DNA of 64,000 nucleotides from Acidobacteriota bacterium (GTDB lineage Bacteria; Acidobacteriota; UBA890; WLXD01): NCBI GenBank assembly GCA_963666215.2, contig CAXWPL010000002.1, positions 128,001 to 192,000 of the forward strand, read 5' to 3'. Shown piece by piece: positions 59,400 to 64,000 of this stretch (position 1 is its first letter; each line of letters starts with the position of its first letter). The notes under the pieces were generated by a model. It saw only the letters and a program-made list of their open reading frames with translations, ran no database searches and was not told where the DNA came from. The position numbers and the translations under genes were made by a program.

Positions 59400-59429
59400 A
59401 TCCTAGCGATACCCCCGGAGGGGCGTCAA
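59400..59429 (-). promoter_or_regulatory. accD promoter TTGACG-N18-TAGGAT
   Basis: Near-consensus boxes about 65 nt upstream of ATG 59336. Confidence 0.6.
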
Positions 59430-59506
59430 CCGAACGTCGAGCGCTCAGAGTACCCGCGAAGCTCTGTAAACGGGCCGAAACCCCAGCAGAACTCAACAGG
59501 CAGGCG

Positions 59507-60577
59507 ATGATCAATCCGATCGTGTGGACAGACGAGGCTGTGGTGCTGCTTGACCAGCGGGCGCTGCCCGAGGTCGAGACCTATGTCGAGCTCCACGAGC
59601 TCGACGAGGTCATCGCGGCGATTCGGGATCTCGTCGTGCGTGGCGCGCCGGCGATCGGCGTCACCGCGGCGATGGGGCTGGCGCAAGCTGTGCGCAAGAT
59701 GCCCCTGGACGTGTCGGGTTTCACGACGGCTTTCGACGCTGCCTGCGTGAGCATGGAGGCGGCGCGGCCGACTGCCGTGAATTTGGCTTGGGCGGTGCGT
59801 CGGCTCCGGCGGTTGGTGGAGCGACATCTCGACGAAGGTATTCCGGCGGTGTGCGCGCGTATGGAAAAGGAGGCGCGCTTCATGCATGCCGAAGACATCG
59901 AAATGAATCGCACAATGGGCAGGCATGGGTCGGTTCTGGTGCCGGCCGAGGCCTGCGTGCTGACGCACTGCAACGCTGGAGCTCTCGCCACGGCCGGCTA
60001 CGGGACGGCGCTCGGCGTTGTGCGCGCCGCGGTCGAGGAAGGCAAGAAGGTCAGCGTGATGGCCGATGAGACGCGTCCGTTCCTGCAGGGGGCTCGGCTG
60101 ACGGCTTGGGAGATGCAGCGCGACGGCATCCCCTGCACGGTGATCACCGACAACATGGCCGGCCACTTGATGAGCCGTGGCGACGTCGATCTGGTCGTGG
60201 TGGGCTCCGACCGAATCGCGGCCAACGGCGACGTCGCCAACAAGATCGGCACGTACACAGTTGCCGTGCTGGCGCGCGAGCACGGCATTCCGTTCTATGT
60301 CGCTGCTCCCACGAGCACCGTCGATCTCGCCGCCGTCTCCGGCGCGGACATTCCAATCGAGGAACGCTCGGGCGAGGAGGTCGTGGTGATCGACGGCAAG
60401 CGCATCGCACCCGTGGGCGTGCCGGCTCTCTACCCGGCGTTCGACATCACCCCTGCAAAGCTTGTCGATGCAATCGTCACCGAGGAAGGCGTGGCGCGGG
60501 CGCCCTACACCGAGAGTCTGCGCGCCTGTTGCGATGCGTCGGCGGCACGCACAGAGCAACGCGAAGCTGCCAGCTAG
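59507..60577 (+). CDS. mtnA: S-methyl-5-thioribose-1-phosphate isomerase
   Basis: LDQRALP, VRGAPAIG, RPTAVNL, THCNAG, ETRPFLQGARLT, ANKIGT. Confidence 0.95.
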   Translation: MINPIVWTDEAVVLLDQRALPEVETYVELHELDEVIAAIRDLVVRGAPAIGVTAAMGLAQAVRKMPLDVSGFTTAFDAACVSMEAARPTAVNLAWAVRRLRRLVERHLDEGIPAVCARMEKEARFMHAEDIEMNRTMGRHGSVLVPAEACVLTHCNAGALATAGYGTALGVVRAAVEEGKKVSVMADETRPFLQGARLTAWEMQRDGIPCTVITDNMAGHLMSRGDVDLVVVGSDRIAANGDVANKIGTYTVAVLAREHGIPFYVAAPTSTVDLAAVSGADIPIEERSGEEVVVIDGKRIAPVGVPALYPAFDITPAKLVDAIVTEEGVARAPYTESLRACCDASAARTEQREAAS

Positions 60578-60583
60578 TCGACC

Positions 60584-61795
60584 GTGCTCGTTCTCGGCAT
60601 CGAGACCTCGTGCGACGACACCGCAGCCGCGGTGGTAGCGGGCGGTTCGCGGGTGCTGAGCAGCGTCGTCCACACGCAGCTCGAGCATCGCGAGTACGGC
60701 GGCGTGGTGCCGGAGATCGCGGCGCGGCGTCACATCGAGCTGCTGCCACTGGTCGTTGCGCGTGCGCTCGAGCAAGCCGCGGTCACGGCCGACGACATCG
60801 AGGCGGTGGCGGTCACGCGGGGTCCCGGCTTGATCGGGGCGCTACTTTGCGGCTGGTGCTACGGCAAGGCTTGGGCGGGCGCTCGAGGCTTGCCCTATGT
60901 TGGCGTTCACCACCTCGCGGCGCATATTCACGCTGCGCTGATGCCACTCCTCGCTGACGGTGCGGCGCCCGAAATCGGACTGCCCGATCCGTTGTTGGCG
61001 CTGGTCGTTTCCGGAGGTCATACGGCCCTCCATGAAGTCTGGACCGATGCCTCGCCGAAGTATCGACTGCTCGGCCAGACCCGCGATGATGCGGTTGGCG
61101 AAGCGTTCGACAAGGTGGCGAAGATGCTCGGCCTGGGGTATCCGGGCGGGCCGGCGATCGACGCGTTGGCCGAGCGCGGCGATCCGACCGCCTTCGCCCT
61201 GCCGCGGCCGCGGTTGGGGGTGGAGTTCTCGTTCTCGGGACTCAAGACGGCGGTGCGGCGCCTGGCGATTGAGCGCGGGTGTCTGGTGGAGGCGCCTCGC
61301 GTGCCCCGCAAGTCGCGCCGTGGCCGGCAAGCCGGTCCGACTGACCGCAGCGAAACATCGCTCGAGGCGGCACCGGCGGTAGATCCGGAGCCGGTTGGGG
61401 CACGCTCGGATCAGGCCTGCGCATCCGGCCAGACTCATCCTGGGCAGGTGATCGCCGATTTGGCCGCTTCGTTCCAAGCCGCCGCGGTCGAGAGCTTGGT
61501 CGAAACGACGGCGTACGCGCTCGACTCATACCGCGGCAGGCATGATGGCGGCCAGGACGGCGTGGAAGGCTCTTCGCCACGGGGTCTGGTCCTGGCGGGC
61601 GGCGTGGCGGCAAACTCGTTGCTGCGTCGTCGCATGCAACACTTGGCCACCGACCGTGGACTGCCGCTCATGCGCTCGTCGCCCGAGTTGTCAACCGATA
61701 ATGCGGCCATGATTGCCGGGCAAGGGCACGCCCGGCTATCGCGTGGCGAGAGCGACAGCCGTGACGCCGAGGCGCGAGCTTCCTGGCCCCTCTGA
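60584..61795 (+). CDS. tsaD: tRNA N6-threonylcarbamoyltransferase TsaD
   Basis: GIETSCDDT, GGVVPE, VSGGHT, DDAVGEAFDK, FSFSGLKT, TDNAAMI. Confidence 0.95.
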   Translation: MLVLGIETSCDDTAAAVVAGGSRVLSSVVHTQLEHREYGGVVPEIAARRHIELLPLVVARALEQAAVTADDIEAVAVTRGPGLIGALLCGWCYGKAWAGARGLPYVGVHHLAAHIHAALMPLLADGAAPEIGLPDPLLALVVSGGHTALHEVWTDASPKYRLLGQTRDDAVGEAFDKVAKMLGLGYPGGPAIDALAERGDPTAFALPRPRLGVEFSFSGLKTAVRRLAIERGCLVEAPRVPRKSRRGRQAGPTDRSETSLEAAPAVDPEPVGARSDQACASGQTHPGQVIADLAASFQAAAVESLVETTAYALDSYRGRHDGGQDGVEGSSPRGLVLAGGVAANSLLRRRMQHLATDRGLPLMRSSPELSTDNAAMIAGQGHARLSRGESDSRDAEARASWPL

Positions 61796-61984
61796 CCCGA
61801 AGACCGGCGGCATGGTCGGCCACCGGCCCCGCCGCGCATGAGGAGACAACTCCAGCCAGCACGTGCCGCGCTTGTCCGCGATCCGCCGATTCGTCTCCTT
61901 TCGGCCGTAGGCGCCCTGCTAGAATCGGCTTACCATGTCCGCAGTGTCCACAGTTGTCCTGCCTTTGTTGTCCTGCCTTTATCG

Positions 61985-62647
61985 ATGGCTTCCATGCATA
62001 AGTCGACCTTCCGGGAATACCTCGAATCGATCCTGATCGCGGCGATCCTTGCGCTTTTCATCCGTACGTTCGTGTTCCAAGCCTTCAAGATCCCGACCGG
62101 GTCGATGGAACCGAACCTTCTTGTCGGCGACCACATCATCGTCAACAAGTTCGTGTACGGCCCGACCGGCTCGGGCGACGGCGGTCTGCTGGTGCCAACG
62201 GCCGATATCAACCGCGGTGACGTGATCGTCTTCCGCGCGCCGCAGGAGCCCGACAAAGACTTCATCAAGCGGGTGGTCGCGGTGGGCGGCGACAAGGTCG
62301 AGATGCGCAACGGCATCGTGTACGTCAACGACGAGCCGGTCGACGAGCCCTACGCGCACTACACGAATAAGCGCCGTCGGGGGCGGTTCGCGCCGCTGTG
62401 GGTGCCCGAGGACAACTACTACTGTCTGGGCGACAATCGCGATAACAGCCGCGACTCGCGCTACTGGGGGACGGTTCCGCGCGAGCTCGTCAAGGGGAGG
62501 GCGATCCTCGTCTACTGGTCATTCGAGGCGCCCACGAGAACCTTTTTTGTGAGCGGCCTGACGGAACGGCTGGCGAGGCTCGGCCAAGCGGTGCCGGACT
62601 TCTTCACGCAAACGCGATGGAACCGGACGTTCCACATCATTCACTAG
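61985..62647 (+). CDS. lepB: Signal peptidase I
   Basis: IPTGSMEPNL, IKRV, GDNRDNSRDSR; TGcTAGAAT promoter at 61917-61925. Confidence 0.94.
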   Translation: MASMHKSTFREYLESILIAAILALFIRTFVFQAFKIPTGSMEPNLLVGDHIIVNKFVYGPTGSGDGGLLVPTADINRGDVIVFRAPQEPDKDFIKRVVAVGGDKVEMRNGIVYVNDEPVDEPYAHYTNKRRRGRFAPLWVPEDNYYCLGDNRDNSRDSRYWGTVPRELVKGRAILVYWSFEAPTRTFFVSGLTERLARLGQAVPDFFTQTRWNRTFHIIH

Positions 62648-62723
62648 CGATTCAGAAGTGGGGAGCGATCCGGATCTGCGCGACCGCGCGATCTGCCCGG
62701 TCGCGCGAACAGGGGGAAGTCGC

Positions 62724-63176
62724 ATGGGGAGGAAACTGAAAGCGACGAGCCGGGCGGGGCTCAGCGCGTCGGCCTGGCGCTCGCTCGCCAAATCAGCGTG
62801 GAGCGGCAGCTCTGACGAGTCGGGAAAGGCGTCGTTCCAGGGGCTGTTGGGGCTGGCAGTCATGGGGACGATGGTCTATCTGGCGATGACGGTGATACCG
62901 GTGCGCGCTGCTGCCTATCAGTTCGACGACGAGGTGCGCGAACAGGTGGTTTTGCTGGGCTCGGGGCGGCGTCGCGTGACCGATCAGGAGGTCCGCCGCA
63001 CGATCTTCACGCGATCCCAGGAGCTCGGCGTACCGATCAAAGAACGGGACATCAATATCATCCGGCGGCGTGGCTACGTGCATATCACTGTGGACTACAC
63101 GATGACCGTCGAGTTCGCGCTCGGGTATCGGTACGACTGGAACTTCGAAGCAGACTACGAAGGCCCGTCCTTCTAG
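62724..63176 (+). CDS. Single-TM protein, DUF4845-like
   Basis: One TM helix followed by a small alpha/beta domain; position after lepB; start uncertain. Confidence 0.6.
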   Translation: MGRKLKATSRAGLSASAWRSLAKSAWSGSSDESGKASFQGLLGLAVMGTMVYLAMTVIPVRAAAYQFDDEVREQVVLLGSGRRRVTDQEVRRTIFTRSQELGVPIKERDINIIRRRGYVHITVDYTMTVEFALGYRYDWNFEADYEGPSF

Positions 63177-63193
63177 CCAGGTTCGCTGGCGAT

Positions 63194-63484
63194 CTAGAGA
63201 CCCAGCGCCACCTGCCGGATCGAGGCAACCAGGGCGCGGCGCAGGAAGACGATCGCGAAGATCACGACGATCGGCGATAGGTCAAACCCGCCCATGGGAA
63301 TCCGGCGCCGAACCGGCGCGAGCAGCGGCTCGGTGACCTTGTACAGAAACTGCACGATCGGGTTGAACGGATCGGGTGAGACCCAGGAGATCAGCGCACG
63401 CGCCACGATGACGAAGGTGAAAAGGCCCAAGGCCATGTCGAGCACATCGGCGGTGGCCAGCATCAGATTACGCAGTACGAACAT
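63194..63484 (-). CDS. yggT: YggT family membrane protein
   Basis: ISWVSPDPFNP, TEPLLAPVRR, DLSP. Confidence 0.92.
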   Translation of the reverse strand: MFVLRNLMLATADVLDMALGLFTFVIVARALISWVSPDPFNPIVQFLYKVTEPLLAPVRRRIPMGGFDLSPIVVIFAIVFLRRALVASIRQVALGL

Positions 63485-63511
63485 ATCGCTAGATCTCTCG
63501 GGTTCGTTGGG

Positions 63512-64000
63512 TTAATCGCGGCGCCCGAACAGCGCGGTGCCGACGCGTACGATCGTCGCGCCCTCTTCGATCGCGACCTCATAGTCGTTTGTCATCCCCA
63601 TCGACAGCTCGGGTAGGGCCGCCCCGGTGGTCTCGGCGGTGCGCTCGGCGAGCTCGCGCAAACGCACGAAATACGAGCGTGTTGCCTCCGGCTCGGGCGA
63701 GTAGGGAGGCAGTGTCATGAGGCCGCGTAGCTGCAGTGCCCCGGCCTCGTCGCAGAGTCGGCATAACTCGGCGGTGCGGCGGCTGATCTGCTCGTGGCTC
63801 GCCCCTTCGCGCTCGAATTCTACCTGCACGTAAGCGTCGAGCCGCCGGCCGAGGCTCGCCGCGGCGCTGTCCAGACGTTCGACGACCTGCGGACGGTCGA
63901 TGGATTGAACCGCGTCGAATACTGCGGCGGCCAGGCGAGCCTTGTTGCTTTGCAGGCGGCCGATGAGGTGCCAGGTCGCGCGGTCGTCCTCAGTGGGACC
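63512..64000 (-). CDS. yggS: YggS/PLP homeostasis protein, 5'-partial
   Basis: WHLIGRLQSNKA, GLMTLPP, LSMGMTNDY, VRVGTALFG. Confidence 0.93.
   Translation of the reverse strand, partial: GPTEDDRATWHLIGRLQSNKARLAAAVFDAVQSIDRPQVVERLDSAAASLGRRLDAYVQVEFEREGASHEQISRRTAELCRLCDEAGALQLRGLMTLPPYSPEPEATRSYFVRLRELAERTAETTGAALPELSMGMTNDYEVAIEEGATIVRVGTALFGRRD

Overview
High-GC bacterial chromosome segment. Gene content and protein style suggest Acidobacteriota, but this is inference only. Bases ~11,200-64,000 are mostly core genome: a GT-C-type membrane protein; rnr-gatB-ftsE-ftsX-mutS2-dnaG; tRNA-Ile2(CAT); a C4 zinc-ribbon protein and RNase HI; a dcw cluster (mraZ to ftsZ, no ddl) followed by a radical SAM gene and pgeF; htpX; an NDP-sugar block; lptD-folC-accD; mtnA-tsaD-lepB; yggT/yggS. 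Bases 1-11,100, downstream of tRNA-Leu(CAG), look accessory: a 10-gene Mrp Na+/H+ antiporter operon, an IS6 stub, a Ser/Thr kinase stub and a secreted two-gene module. The best leads are five. (1) The secreted module: a prodomain-less MMP-like matrixin with a C-terminal conotoxin-like cystine knot, directly preceded by a secreted protein whose mature N-terminus aligns without gaps to TIMP-1, i.e. a candidate bacterial MMP/TIMP pair. (2) A 154-nt, possibly bistable rod-shaped hairpin between rsmH and ftsL. (3) A ~200-nt promoter-to-terminator structured RNA upstream of the zinc-ribbon/RNase HI genes. (4) RNase R with large, oppositely charged disordered tails. (5) Pervasive low-complexity in-frame insertions in housekeeping enzymes. 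All calls come from reading the sequence and recalling motifs; no searches or folding programs were run.
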